A stretch of 64,000 nucleotides of DNA from the human T2T-CHM13v2.0 reference genome, Homo sapiens. The translations under genes were made by a program, and so were the position numbers. Where the stretch lies: the NCBI RefSeq assembly GCF_009914755.1, contig NC_060925.1; one strand, given 5' to 3'. Within the stretch, counting starts at the first letter, position 1; every line of letters starts with the position of its first letter. Shown here piece after piece: positions 1 to 24,344 of the stretch. The notes below the pieces were generated by a model that searched no databases, was not told where the DNA came from, and saw only the letters and a list, made by a program, of their open reading frames with translations.

Positions 1-363
1 AGAATAGGCCTTCTCTTTTGAGTGGAGTAATATGATTATTCTAATAAAGATCCTTTCTTCACTGAGGCTACTGTTTGGGAGTTGAAGTAACTGGGAAATT
101 TGAACCTACCCTTCTCCTTTCACATTATATCACCAGTATAAGAGCAGAATTGTCAGATATTCCGTTAAATATTGGATACGAAATGTTTTTTAATTGATAA
201 ATAATTTGTGTGTGGCAGTATTTCTGCATTCTTGTCCTATAAACTAATATCAGAGTTCTTTGGTTGCTGTGACATGCCTCCTCAGATTAATAGTGAGATT
301 TCTTCCTGTAGGTAACCCTAATTTCTTTTAAAGCAATGATTTATGGTATTATGATCTAAATGC

Positions 364-483
364 CTTTTTTTTTTAAGAGATGGGATCTCACCATGTTGCC
401 CAGGCTGAGCTCAAGCTATCCTCCCACCTCACCTTGGCTTCCCAAAGTGCTGGGATTACAGGCATGAGCCACCATACCCGGCC
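364..483 (-). mobile_element. Alu left monomer (FLAM-like)
   Basis: T-run followed by the reverse complement of an Alu left arm, ending ...gagccaccatacccggcc; monomer length only. Confidence 0.85.
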
Positions 484-537
484 CTCGATGCATTTTTAAT
501 GTTACATTAGTTGCTAAAAAATAAAACATAAAAAAGA

Positions 538-885
<348 letters not shown>

Positions 886-1059
886 TTAATGAGGACATAG
901 ATGCCTAGTCTAAGCAAAATAGATAAGAAGTTGCTGATCGTAATTGATGAGAATGACGTCACAGTGGAATAGCAGATAATGCATGAGTGGTGAATTTCCT
1001 CGTTTAGTCTTACTTTGAGGCAGCAAATAAATCCTTTATAAGTGTTGCATTACTTTTAT

Positions 1060-1060
<1 letters not shown>

Positions 1061-1095
<35 letters not shown>
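1061..1095. repeat. (GT)n microsatellite
   Basis: Direct dinucleotide run. Confidence 0.95.
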
Positions 1096-1096
<1 letters not shown>

Positions 1097-1364
1097 CAGA
1101 GAGAGAGGCTTCAATCCTTAAATCATGTAATATTAAGAAAAAACAAATGAATTCACTTAGAAGATTTGGGGCTGGATCTATATTTTTTCATCATTTTAAC
1201 ATTTGGGGGTTAAAATTTCCAGACCGTTGGAGACGACATCCATCCAGAACAGAGTAGATCCTGGAGATTCTGGATAAATTATCTGCAAGTGCATTTTTTT
1301 TTCCCAATAGATTGAGTTTATTATCAACATTCAGTTTGCTGATTAAAAAATTTTTCAGTATATC

Positions 1365-2828
<1,464 letters not shown>

Positions 2829-4157
2829 AAAAATTTTTCAGTATATCTGCATAAATGAAATTGGTCCATCATGTGTATTAGAGGAAGCTATCCTTACTCC
2901 GTTTGTTATCAGGATTATGTTAGCTTGAAGAATGGACTGATAAACTTTCTATAAGGCTTATTACAGGCTTTAGCCTGTAAAATTGATCTCATCGTAAACA
3001 GCTTTGAGAGTATACAGATAGTTGACTATTTTTCTTCTCTGGTTTCTTCAGATACTCTTCATCATCTTGGATTTGTTTTAATAATTTATATATGTTAAAG
3101 AAAATAATCTAAACTGTGCAGATTTATAAATCTTTAAAATTGTACACAATATTATATATTTTAAAACTCCCTACATATGCAGTTTTATCACCCTTCTCAT
3201 TTATGGTACACCATAAGACTCACTTTTTGATGCCAAGTGTTCTCGAAAATGTCCTAAGGAAGATCATTGCTGGAACAATGTTATTTTTGAGACTTTTGTT
3301 CCTTATAAGGAAATAGACATCAATTAAGGAGGGAATTTTTTTTTTGGAGGTGGAAATGGGTAGTATGATCAAGCAACTATATGTATATTTCCCTGGGGAA
3401 CACGGCATTAAGAAGAGAAAATAATCCCAACTATTAACAATTTCATCTGTGCAGTGGTTTTTATTCTGCAACATTGTCTTTTCTATTTTTGTACATGTTT
3501 TCTAGAAAAGGTAAACATGTAGTAGAAATAAATGTGATGTTAATTGCTATGGCAGTGTGTCTGTACACATTACTTTTTTCTCCTGTCTACCCACCTTCCA
3601 TTGGCAATCACCCAACTGGTTAGGTAAATGAGGGTGGATGGATAATAAACGTTTCTTCACAATTACTTCCTTAGCTCTCAAAAGGGATTCTGAAGCATTC
3701 CATTATAAGTGCTGCTTACAGACATGCTGAAATGACCACTTTTTGCTCTGGAGTGATATTCTTTGCTTAATAAAGAACAAGAGATCACAATATCTTTCTT
3801 TCCTGAGCAGAAGCAGGGCAAACTGTTGATTCCTTTTTGTTTTTTTCCTGCAAAGAAAGGACCTTGCTTATGTCACCCAATTTCCCCTTTCAGGAAGGGG
3901 AAGTAATTTTTAGTAAGTCAAGGTATGTAGTAGCCATAAGGTCTTCTGTTTAGGATTAAGGTTCAGTGAAGTCATTGGGCATTCATTTATTTTTGGAGTT
4001 TTGATCCGAAAGCTGCTTCATTGCAGAATTTTAGTCTGAATTATGTTCTAAAGATTGATGATCTCTCTATGGGACTTCACTGTAACTACTCCATTAGGAC
4101 ATCAGATTTAGCCAAGTATTTATGTGTTAATTTTGTTGGATTAACTTATGTGCATAG

Positions 4158-4158
<1 letters not shown>

Positions 4159-4191
<33 letters not shown>
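4159..4191. repeat. (CA)n microsatellite
   Basis: Direct dinucleotide run. Confidence 0.95.
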
Positions 4192-4193
<2 letters not shown>

Positions 4194-6039
4194 AAGCCTC
4201 ATTGTTCCCTTAAATTTTAATTTTTATTTGATATCTTTTCATAATCTATTGAGAAAAGTTATGATGGGAATGCAGTACTGTGAGTTTGCACTGACAATAA
4301 AGGTTGATCTATGACAGCCTCTTAGAAGCAACTACTTTAAAATATTTTATAGTGGGAAAAAAACCCACAAATGCAGTTGTTGTTTTGTATACTTTTTTCT
4401 CTGTTGACCTGAATAGGATTAAATAACCTCTAGGGTGATTTGCCCATTCAGCAAAGTGGCACAGGCCAAAAAGGAGATTAAAGTAGGATGAGGGGGAAAC
4501 AAGGAAAACATGACAAAGGAAAACCCAAGATTAGAAAGACTCAGTGAAGAAATTTTACTCAAAGAAATAAAGAGGTTTTTTCTTCCTTCAGTATCCCCAA
4601 AGCAATATAGCAGGAAATCTTACTTTGATTATCCATCAACAAGCAAGAGTGGAATTAATAAGTTGACCAGCAAATTGATACATTCCACTGTGCACGCAAA
4701 AGTCAGACCCTTATAAGTAAGCAGTTGCATGATATACTTTATAAGTATATAAGCACATATGTTACAAGTTCTTCATGGGAAAGCAGACCAGCTCAGCCTA
4801 GCCTGAATGCCACCTAGTGTTCTCTTGTATGTATAGGATACAAGTGGAGCCAATGGTTGATTAATTGAAAATGACAATTAAGATAGGGAATTACATAAAT
4901 TGATATAAATTTTCATGAGCATTTGATTTTTAACTTAAAGCATATACTGACTGGAGACTGCTGTCATCTTTCTTGCATAAACAACATATAATGCTTGTCT
5001 CCTGTTTCCAATTCAAATTTCCATAAAGTAGAACAAGAGCTTAGCAAACTGAGTATGGAATCCTACTCGATTTTTATATTTTTTATAACAATTTTTCTTT
5101 TCTAACATTTTGAGATTTACCTTTCCAAAGCTTTCAGTGTTTTCCCAAAACATTTATCTGTTTTCATAGAAACACCCTTTTTGTACTCATATTTCATAAT
5201 ATTTAATTAAATATTAAATTGCATAATCACAAATTGGCATAAAAGCAGTGAGAATGAACATAACTTGGTAAAACAGAATGTGAAGACATACTGCTATTGG
5301 AGTAGTCTGTTTGATTTAGCTTGCCTGTGGGCAGCTGCATGTTTTAAACAGGAAATGTAGAGCTAGCCCTTACATAGTGGAGATAGCCCATTTGGGGAGT
5401 TTCTGCTCTGTTTGATTTGGCTGATGCCTGTATTCTTCTTTAGGGATAATTAGCTATGATAGGCCTTTATGGCTAAGACTTTAAACAATAATACTTGGTG
5501 AAGTGAGTTGTCAAGGAGCTAAATATACACATTAGTATGAGAAGAGAGCAACACGCAATCTGATTTCAGAGCTGGTGCACTTAACCATCATGCTATCTAC
5601 TGCTTCCCCTTGTGGGAAGTATTAGCATGCCACTTTATGTCCATAATATAGCAAGTAGATAAGAAATGGTGCATAGGAAATAATATAATTATGCTGACCC
5701 TTTTCTATATTAAACATTATTCTCAAAAAACAGAGCATATACCTCAGATATCTCTAGAAGAGTTACCAAAACTGATCTTCTATTAGGTTAACAGTATGCC
5801 ACTAAATGAGTAAGAACAGGAATTATGCAAGCCATTTATGTAGATGAAATTCAAATAGAATTATAAATAACAAAACTGAAAAAGCCATTTGGTTGATAAT
5901 TATTATTTGGGATGCATATTTTGCTTGTTTTAAATTAGTTTTCAGGGTCTTCTTCCTTTAGGGGTAGCTTAGCTCAGTCTTTAGCCTGATTCAGTTCAAG
6001 AGAAGAAAGGCTAACTACTTTTTACCCATAAGAGGCAGT

Positions 6040-6555
6040 GCAGCTTACTCTCTGGAGTCAAGCTAACAAGTATGACCTGTCCGTACATTTTAATTTCACT
6101 TAGTAGCTGTGTGACCTCGGGCAAATTACCTTACCTCTCTTGTCTCAGTTACCTCATTATAAAATAGGGATTAGTATCTATTACACAGAATTTCTTTTAT
6201 TTATTTATTTTATTATACTTTAAGTTCTGGGATACATGTGCAGAATGTGCAGGTTTGTTACATAGGTATATACATGTCATGGTGGTTTGCTGCACCCATC
6301 AACCCATCTCTACATTAGGTATTTCTCCTAATGCTATCCCTCCCCTAGCCCCCCATCCCTCGACAGGCCCCGGTGTATGATGTTCCCCTCCCTGTCTCTA
6401 TGTGTTCTCATTGTTCAACTCCCACTTATGAGTGAGAACATGCAGTATTTGGTTTTCTGTTCTTGTATTACACAGAATTTCAATGAGAATTAAATGGATT
6501 CATGTGAAGTTCTTACAACAGTGCCTGGTGTATAGTAAATGCTCAGTAAATGATA
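6040..6555 (+). mobile_element. MIR, interrupted by an L1 3' fragment
   Basis: MIR core (agctgtgtgacctcgggcaaattaccttacctctct...) resumes after the insert (aacagtgcctggtgtatagtaaatgctcagtaaatg). Confidence 0.75.
6195..6465 (-). mobile_element. L1PA (about PA7/8) 3'-end fragment, 5'-truncated
   Basis: Reverse-complement L1 3'UTR; 16-bp TSD TATTACACAGAATTTC at 6179-6194 and 6466-6481. Confidence 0.9.
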
Positions 6556-7084
6556 GTCATCATCATCCTTATCAACCTTGAAAAAGGGAAATAGTGATAT
6601 TATTGTTGAAAATATAGCCAGAAACATGAATCTGAAGTATGTAGTATTGGAGATTAGGTACAGAATAAACAAGAAGTAGAACCAGAGAAGGCATACGTGA
6701 AAAATTAATGTGTGGTCCAGAATAGATGTCATAGTTCTGGGCATTACCTCTTGTTCATTAAAAGATAAATAGTGGGTCAGGGTAGAAATAAAAAAATAAG
6801 CTGGAGGAAGGAAATAATAAAAATGACATAGAAATACAGTAGGATAAATTCGAGAGTGGACTTTCTGAAAAATCCCAATAATATATGAGTACCTACAGCA
6901 AATCTAATTGGAAAAGAAAAAGAACGGGGGAAATCATTTAAAAAGTTAAAAAGAGGATCAGGGAGAGATCCTAAATAGTGTGAGAGACTGCTATGCAGAG
7001 TTGTGTGGTAATATATTTGGAAATCTTGATGAAATCTAAAATTTCCTAGCAGATATAAAAATCAGCTAGAGAAATAGAAGACTG

Positions 7085-7967
<883 letters not shown>

Positions 7968-9261
7968 CCATTTTTTCTTTAATAGTGAGATTTAGAAACC
8001 CATCCTCTCTCTCTCTCCCTCTCAAACATAAAAAACAACCTAAGTTGTTTCACAGACACATTCTTGTAAGCTTTCTAGGAAATAATTTTCTATATCCAAC
8101 TGTTTTGTAACATACCCATATACATATAGAAAGCTATCCAGTTCATTTTATTTCAATCTCAAATTTGATAAAGTACCAAAAAGTAGTAATACAGACCTAG
8201 TTCAGTCATGAATATGGATGGGAAAAGTCAATATAAAATTCTAGCAAATCAGATTCAGCAGGATATTAAAAGAACATTTCATAACATAAGTTATACATTG
8301 AATTTAAAAAGTAGGTGAATATTAGATTAAAAATGAAAAACCACATGGTGATCTTAATGCCACAAAAGAGTTTGATAAAACTCAATATTCATTCTTTATA
8401 AAAGTATTTAATGGTTTGGATGAAGACTTCTTCAGTTAAAGAAAAACAAAGAAGAATTTCTGTCCAAACCAATATCCCAGTATCTTGCTATATAATGAAA
8501 TGATAGAGTCATTTCTATGAAAATAGGATAAAATAAAGAGGCTTGCGGATACAGCCTTTTTTTTTTTTTCCAAGTTCTAGACAATGCAATAAAACATAAC
8601 AGAAATTAGAAGCAGGGCTTTTGGAAAAAAGGAGATACAGTTCCCATTTATTTGCAGGCCGATTGGTTATATCTAGAAACCAAAGAGAAAATTAAAAACT
8701 TTTGGAATTAGTAAGAATAGGTATGAATTAATATGAGAGTTGAGTTGGATACACATGTTTTTGAGCTGATTCATGCAAAGGCTTTCCAAGCTCCTTTGTG
8801 TTTTACTAGGTTGTGTTTGCTTAAAGTTGGCTCGCTAGTACGCAGTCATGAGTCAGGGGAAGAGAAGGAGCCTGACTGGCTCCTATATTGTTCTGAGTCA
8901 TATTTCTTTTTTTCAGTGGAATTAAACCAACATGATTGTTGAAAGAGATCAAAATTTGGCAGGTTTTCATTTGCTTGATATCTGTAAACAGACTTTTCTT
9001 TCAGGAAAGGAATTTGGAGGAGGGCAGAGCCATCATTATCTCTTTTTTACAAATCTACAATTTCCCATTTGACCCTTACAATTAATCTGAAAGTCAATTT
9101 GTGTTTGAGATTATACGACAGTAACAGGTTGATAAGCAGACATTTCTATGTCTTATTCGATAAGAAATACTGAATTAAGTTGGAGAATGGAGGTCATGTG
9201 CTGCCCCGTACATTTCTCATCTTGTCCTCAGCAAGGACTATATGGTAATTTTCATAGATTT

Positions 9262-10129
9262 TGTCAATTAAATGACCGATATTTGAGTACCTTTTAAGTG
9301 CTAGTTCCTGTTCTTGGTGGTAGGATTGCAGTGGTGAAGAAGATATATTCTGTTCTTAAGAGGATTACATTGCAGAGGGGATAGATAGATAATAAGCTGT
9401 GTATAAATAAGATAAATTTAATTATAAATAATACTGATAAATATAGAGAAGATAAAATAGGTATTGACCAATTATGAATGGCATACTGTATGGCAAGAGC
9501 TTTTTAGATGGAGTCAAAGAAGTCTTTGCTGAAAAGGTGACATTTGAATTGAGTCATGAAGGATGAGGAAGAGGAAGCCATGAGGGCACCTGTTCTAAGA
9601 GCATTTCCCAGCATAAAGAACTATGTGGTGACAATAAATTCAGGGACAGAAAGGAGGCCAATGTGGCTGAAGAACAGTGAACTAAGTGGGAGAGTAAGAA
9701 GAGGTAATGCTGGAGAAGTAGCCAAAAACCAGGTCACGTAGGAACTTGTGGGCCATAAGAAGGAGTTTGGATTTTTGGAAATGTGTTGGAAAACCTTTAG
9801 ATTGTTTGTTTGTTTTTCAAAGTGAGATGTTTATGATCTGTGTGGAAGACAGACAAGAAGAAAACAAAAGTGGAAGTAGAAAGACCAGGTAGGACATCGT
9901 TGCTTGTGCTGGTGGCTTGGGTCCAGGTGGGTGCAATGGAGATTCAGGGCAGCAAGTAGAATTTGACTGATGGATTGGAGTGGTATGAAAGAAAGAGTCA
10001 AGGATGGCCCTAATTTTTTGATCTGAATAATAAAGTGTATAATGAATGCTGTTTGCTGAAATGGGCAACTCTTGAGATTGGAAGTGAAGCTATGAGTTGA
10101 GAGCACTTTCTCTGTTTTGGCTGTGTTAA
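9262..10129 (-). mobile_element. L2, left part (split by piggyBac insertion)
   Basis: Reverse L2 3' end and body, ending ...ttttggctgtgTTAA. Confidence 0.7.
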
Positions 10130-10199
10130 CTCTCAGTATCCCCCGGAAGTCATTATTATCATTTGCCATCTGAATCCATTATACCCTGTTTACTTTCAA

Positions 10200-10552
10200 T
10201 TTTTATGTTTTTTACTTTTATATTTTTTTGGAGACAGTATCTCACTCTGTTGCCCAGACTGGAATGCAGTGGCATGATCATAGCTCCCTGCAGCCTTGAA
10301 CTCTTGGGCTCAAGTAATCCTTCCACCCCAGGCTCCCAGGTAGCAGCTAGGACTACAAGAGTGTGCCACTGCACCCAGCTAGTTTTAAATTTTTTTATTG
10401 TTTTGTGGATACGAGGTCTTACTATGTTGCCTAGGCTGGAATGCAGTGGCACAATTATAGCTCACTGCAGCCTTGAACTCCTGGGCTCAAGTGAACTTCC
10501 TGCCTTGGCCTCCCAAAGTGCAGATATTACAGGTGTGAGCCACTGTGCCTGT
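10200..10552 (-). mobile_element. AluJ-like element with atypical left arm
   Basis: Two monomers, both carrying the segment aatgcagtggca...gctcactgcagcc. Confidence 0.8.
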
Positions 10553-11485
10553 TCATTTTCTAAGTTATTTTATAAATAATTAACACAAGTAAACAATGAA
10601 AAACAACCTTATTAGAAACTTTAATAAGAATTTAACCATAGCAAACCCAATTTTTTTTATCCTGTAAGTTCCTGGTTTTGAAGACACATACATATTCAAA
10701 ATGAGAAAAAGTCCTTTGAATATAATCATCAATTGCTATATACAAACCTGTAACATATACATTATATAAATACTGATTTCCAGATTTAAAATGAATCTCT
10801 TAATATGTTCTGGGTTTATCATTACTTCTGGTTTTTGCATTTTATTGTCAAAAGGCAGTATTTTTGAAAACTTTGATGGCTAAGATTTTGTTGAAGAAAG
10901 GATAAACACTTTCAATTGAAAAGTATTTTTGTTTTTTAGATTTATCAACTAATGAGAATGATCGATTTAATGAAATTTGTTATTTCTACATCAGTTATTT
11001 TTTCTCCACACTTTTTATATAGATACTTATCATCAGCATTTGTCTACCTATGAACTTCATCAAGTAAATTTAGCTTCATAAACATCATAAAAAGATCAAT
11101 GAATACTACCACATATTCTTTTAACTAAATGGGATGGTCTAGGATCTTGTAACATATTGCACAATGAAGTTTCCTGTTGAATGACTGTCTGGCTAAAAGT
11201 ACTTCTTGTCCTTAAAAATCATATTGTACATTCATTCCTTCTTAAGTTTCAGAAAATTTATCTAGGATATCATCATCTGAAGATTCATAACCTGAGATTT
11301 CACTACTACCTGCCTCTTTACATTCACCATCTAATAACTGTGAAATATCTTTCTTTGTCAGTTTTCTTCTCTTTGCCATTATGGGTAGAAAATGAAATAT
11401 TCTGAATTTTCAACCGTGTTTACTGAAACCCTCAAAAATACAAAGATAGGATTTCCAGCCTTCTTTTCAAAAGATGAGACAATAC

Positions 11486-14420
<2,935 letters not shown>

Positions 14421-14854
14421 CAAAAGATGAGGCAATACTTTGAGTAATGCAATAAGAAAACTGAAGGAGGGTATAGTAGTACAGCATCCTTTTAGGCAAT
14501 TCTATTATTCTTACAATTTTAGATTTTTAAAAATATAGTTGGGAATAACTGATAAATAATGATGAAATAATTTTCAGGATGATGGATTACCGAAAGATTT
14601 AAGGTATAGGAAAAATAAGATCACTGAGGCCCTGTAATATATCTTAGATTTATGAAAGAGTCCAATGGACCCATATGGTAATTGCAAGACAAAATGAGTG
14701 TGTTTTAAAAACAAGTAAGAGTTCTGTTTGCTCTTGAATACCTCTAAGAAAGAATAAATTCATGAAATATCAATCCTTACAAATAGAACTGCCCAGAAAC
14801 AAATTTAAAAAACAAATCTCCAGTCTAGTGGTCCCAGATAATACCAAGGGATAA

Positions 14855-15400
14855 GTTTGAAGTGTGTATTAAATATCCCATTGGAGATGTAGAGTAGTGG
14901 TTGTCTCCAGAAATCTAAACCTCAGAAGAGAGGTCTAGACTAGAGGTTTCAGTCTGAGAGTCATCAACCATTTGAAGCTTTGGATCTAGATGAGATCACC
15001 CAGGAAAGAGAGGATAAATGGAAAGAGAAGAGGGCCAAGAATAGAGCCCTGTGGCACACTAGATTTTAGAAATCTCATTTAGGAGAAAGATACTGAGAGG
15101 GTGCAACCAGTGAGGTAGAAACCTGTGATATAACTTGGAGAATAGTGTTTTAGGTGGGGAGAAGTCAACTGGATCAAAAGATAAGAGTAATTTTTAAAAA
15201 AGTAAGGTCAGAGAAGTTTGATCATTGACTTTTTTAAGAATAGGGATCTTTGATGACCCTTAGGAGAGCTGTTTCATTGAAGTGATGAGGCTGAAAGCCT
15301 GTTTGTGATGGATTAAAATGAGGAAGTAGAGATAAGCAATAGAGGCAAATTTTACAATAAATTTTGCTGTGAAGGCGGGGGAGAGATGGTATTTGGTGAG
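14855..15400 (-). mobile_element. L2, right part (continuation)
   Basis: Resumes gtttgaagtg...gagatgt...gagtcatcaac...gatgagatcacccagg, as expected for the L2 consensus. Confidence 0.65.
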
Positions 15401-15569
15401 AGTTTCTTTTAACCCACTTTAGAGGATTGAGAGGAATTGGTAGAGTACCTGGAATTGGGGATGTCAATCAGGGAGATATTGGTACCTTAAATTAACATAT
15501 TAAGGCTTGACATTAATACTCTCACATTAATACTGTATAGAATAGAGCAGAATTCTTCTCTCTCCTTTT

Positions 15570-20165
<4,596 letters not shown>

Positions 20166-20166
20166 A

Positions 20167-20563
20167 GTTTTAATTTTATTTAATATAAGTTAAATGTAAG
20201 TAGCCACACGTGATGAGTGGATACTGTATTGGACAGGACAGCTCACCACTTTTATCATGTGCCAGTAGGTGAAGAAGGGAAGAATTGGGTAGATCAGAGT
20301 TTTTCCGGTAGCATCTGCATTGAGATATGCCGTAAGTGTAAAACACATGCTGAATTTCAAAGATATAAAAAAGAATGAATTTGTCGTCAATAATTTTAAT
20401 TATTGATTACCCATTGCAATGATGTAATATGAATATATTTGGTTAAATAAATTATTAAAATAATTTCACCTATTTTATTTTATATTTATGTAACCACTAG
20501 AAAATTTAAAATTCTACATGTGGCTCACATTTGTAGATCTCGTATTTCTATAGGACAGTGCTA
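20167..20563. mobile_element. MER3/MER33 hAT-Charlie MITE fragments
   Basis: agccacacgtg...actgtattggacag and tacatgtggctcacatt...tataggacagtgct termini. Confidence 0.7.
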
Positions 20564-20564
20564 T

Positions 20565-21010
20565 TCTGACAGTGAGCTCCTTATGGGGAAGGACCCTTTT
20601 CATTTTAATCTTGACTATTACTGTGTCTTTAATATAGTAGATACTTAATAGTTGTTGAATGAATAACATAGTCTCTAGAAATTGTGACCATAAGCCTTTT
20701 GAAGAATTGAGGCTTTGAATTAAAGCATATATATGATAGATACATACATAAACACACTTGCACATACAGGAAGAAACCTACATCTAGGAATACAAGAGTA
20801 ATAGCACTTGTTTTGAGCCAAATTCTATTAATAATTGAAGAATTAAGTTCTCATAACAGCATCTGTAAGCAAAATTCTATTAATATTCCTCATTTACAGG
20901 AAACAGAGACAGGGACATTAAGTAACAAAATGACACAGAAATATTAAGTGATAGAAATAATTTGAATTCAGGCAGTCTGGCTGTGTAGTTTGTACCTTTA
21001 ACCAGTATGC
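20565..21010. mobile_element. L2 3' end (+) followed by MIR (-)
   Basis: atagtagatacttaatagttgttgaatgaat; then MIR-like cctcatttacaggaaacagagacag...tttgaattcaggcagtctgg. Confidence 0.55.
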
Positions 21011-22209
21011 TAAAGAAATGTCATGTAATTTTGGTCATCCATAATTATCACTTTCAAAATTGTGAAAGGAGGTGTATGAATGAATCCTGGGCAGTTTTGG
21101 ACTTGGGGGACTTTTTGATGCCTCTTTTGCTTTCCTGGAATGAAGAAAGTTTACTTAGGCCTTACAATCTGCTTTTAATTGCTTTAAGATTTATTAAAGT
21201 TCAGCAAGCAAAGTCTTTTTTTTTTTCTGTTCGGCATCAGCTTTTATGTTTATACTTCCAGTAATATTTTTTTCAGCTCTGGGAAAAGTATAAAGAAAGT
21301 GTTGCCACTGGTAGTGTATGAGTGAAAAATTATCATTTGACTTTTGGGAAAATGAAATGGTTATTTATATAGTGGTCCCAAGAATCAACTTATCTCTTAT
21401 ATTATTAATAGGAGAGATTTCTGCTTGGTAATAGATTTATAATACTTTACTTTTTGGGATGAAGCAAAAAGGCAAGAATATAAGTTTATTTCCCTTCAGC
21501 TTTCTGTTAACATTTCCCACAGAAAGTTTTATTTCATATCTAATTGTAAATCCAGTATGTTATTATTCTGAATAAATCTTTTATAAATAAATAGTTATAA
21601 AACAGGAGGGTATAAGGTTCAAAGGAAAAGATGTATTCTTTTTCATTTTTAACATGCTGCCACAATTTCCCATATATGCTAAGTTTATCTGTTTTTTCTG
21701 TTTACGTGATTCTTTTCAGTAGTGGCATACCTTTTGCTAATTCACACACATTTGTAAGGGTATTCAGGAAAACTTAGCTTAAAAAATATGCCATCAAAAG
21801 ATTGGAGATGGATTCTAGGTAGAAAAATGAATTTATCTGTAGGCATTATCATGTTGCATGCAGAAAATAGTCTTTTTTTTTTTCTCTCTTGCTTGCTCAG
21901 TCTGAGCTGACAGGCAGTTCTGAATATTGGGCAGCTCTGTTTCACACTGCCATCCAGGGACCTTGTTTTGTTTCTTCTCTCTTGTTCTACCATTCCCTAA
22001 GGTGTTGCATGTCTGCAGAGATGAGTCTGAATTGCCACCACCACCACATTCGCATTCTAGTTTGTGGGAAAAGGGGAAAAAAACAAGTGGAAAGCAAGCA
22101 GCTTTCAAAAAAGTATGAAGTTTAGAAAACTTCACAGTTACACACAACACTTCATGCTATAACCTATTGACCAGAACTTAATCACGTGGACACATCTATC
22201 TGCAAATGT

Positions 22210-22812
22210 GGCCATCACCTCACATGGTAACTATATTAAAAAAAAATTGAGAACATTTAAGATCTACTCACTTAGCAAATTTTAAGTTTACAATGCAGAA
22301 TTATTAACTATGGTCACCATGCTGTCCATTAGATTTCTATAATTTATTCATTGTATAACTGAAACTTAGAATCCTGTAAACAACATCTCCCCATTTCCTC
22401 ATCCCCTGATCTCACTCAGTCCCTTACAACCACCATTCTACTCTCTGCTTCTGAGTTTGAAAATATTCCATATATAAGTGAGATGGAGTATTTGTATTTC
22501 TATGCTAGGCTTATTTCACTGAGTATAATACCCTCTAGGCTCATTCATGTTGTTTCAAATGACAGGAATTTCTTCTTTTTAAAAGCCAAATAATAATCCA
22601 TAGTATATAGCCTTTTAGTTTGATGCAAAGCTATTTGTTCATTTTTGCTTTTGTTGTGTGTGCTTTGAGCATCATATCCAAAAAACTCATTGCCCAGACC
22701 AATGTAAAAAAGCTTTTCCCTGTGTTTTCTTCTGGTAATCTTACAGGTCTTACATTTACGTCTTTAGTCCATTTGAGTTGGTTTTTGTTTATGGTCTGAA
22801 ATGAGGGTCTAA
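22210..22812 (-). mobile_element. Old L1M 3'UTR/ORF2-end fragment
   Basis: acatttaagatctactcacttagcaaattt (L1MA-type 3' end), then ORF2 C-terminal text after a deletion near 22610. Confidence 0.75.
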
Positions 22813-22814
22813 TA

Positions 22815-23220
22815 CTACAGACCAAATGGACCTACCAGATATATAAATAACATTCCAGCTGACAGCAGAAAATACATTCTTTTGAAGAGCACATGGAACA
22901 TTTTCCAGGAGGGATCATGTGTTAGGGCACAAAACAAGTTTTAACAAATTCAAGAAGATTGAAATCATATCAAATATTTTCAGCCACAATGGTATGAACC
23001 TAGAATCACTAACAGGAAGAAAATTGAAAAACTCACAAATATGTGGAAATTAAACAACATACTCCTGAACAACCAGTGGGTCAATGGAGAAATCAAAATG
23101 AAAATTTTTAAAAATTGTAAAGAAAAATGGAAACACAACATACCAAAACTTAAGGGATGCAGCAGAAGCCTTTCTAAAAGGGAAGTTCATAGCAGTAAAC
23201 ACCTACATCAAAAAAGACTA
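22815..23220 (+). mobile_element. Inverted L1M ORF2 segment (EN C-terminal half)
   Basis: Plus-strand gaccaaatggaccta...; ORF MWKLNNILLNNQWVNGEIK. Confidence 0.8.
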
Positions 23221-23581
23221 CAGGAAGACCTGCTTGAGGCTGTTTTACAGTTACCATTTTTTTTAACAAGGAGAAGGAGTACACTCTAAAAACAATGATA
23301 AAAGTATAATATAGTAGATACATAAACCAGTAACATAGTTTTTATTATCATTATCAAGTATTATTTACTGAATATAATTGTATGTGCTATACTTTTATAT
23401 GACTGGCAATACATTAGGTTTTTTTTATACCAGCATCACCACAAACACCTTAGTAATGTATTACAATGTCTACAACATCATTAGGCTATAGGAATTCTTC
23501 AGCTCCATTATAATCTTATGGGACCACTGTTGTATATGTAGTCTGTTGTTGACTAAAACATTATTATGCACTTCATGACTA
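23221..23581 (-). mobile_element. Tigger3/Golem (MER7-type) one-ended fragment
   Basis: cagctccattataatcttatgggaccactg...catgact + TA terminus; the other end is missing. Confidence 0.8.
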
Positions 23582-23775
23582 TATTGCATTGCTGTTTCTC
23601 CTTTCACTTCTGTTAATACGTGCTTTGTTTATTAATATTTAGATGTTCTGGTCCATATGTTGGGTGCATATATTTTTACAGTTGTTATATCCTTTTGATG
23701 AATTGACTCCTTTATTATTACATAATGACTTTTGTCTCTTGTGATAGTTTTTGACTGAAAGTCTATTTTGTCTGA

Positions 23776-24121
<346 letters not shown>

Positions 24122-24344
24122 AGATCTTGTTTTTTTAAGCCTTCAACCATTCTGTCTTTTAGTTGGAGAATTTAATCCCTTTACATTTAAAATAATTGTT
24201 GATAGGTAAGTACTTACCATTGCTGTTTTGTTAATTTTTTTCTGAATGTTTTGTAGTTTGTTTCCTCCTCTCTTTCTACCTTCCTTTGGAATTTGATAGT
24301 TTTTTTTTTAATAATGATATGCTCTGATTCCTTCTTCTTTATGT

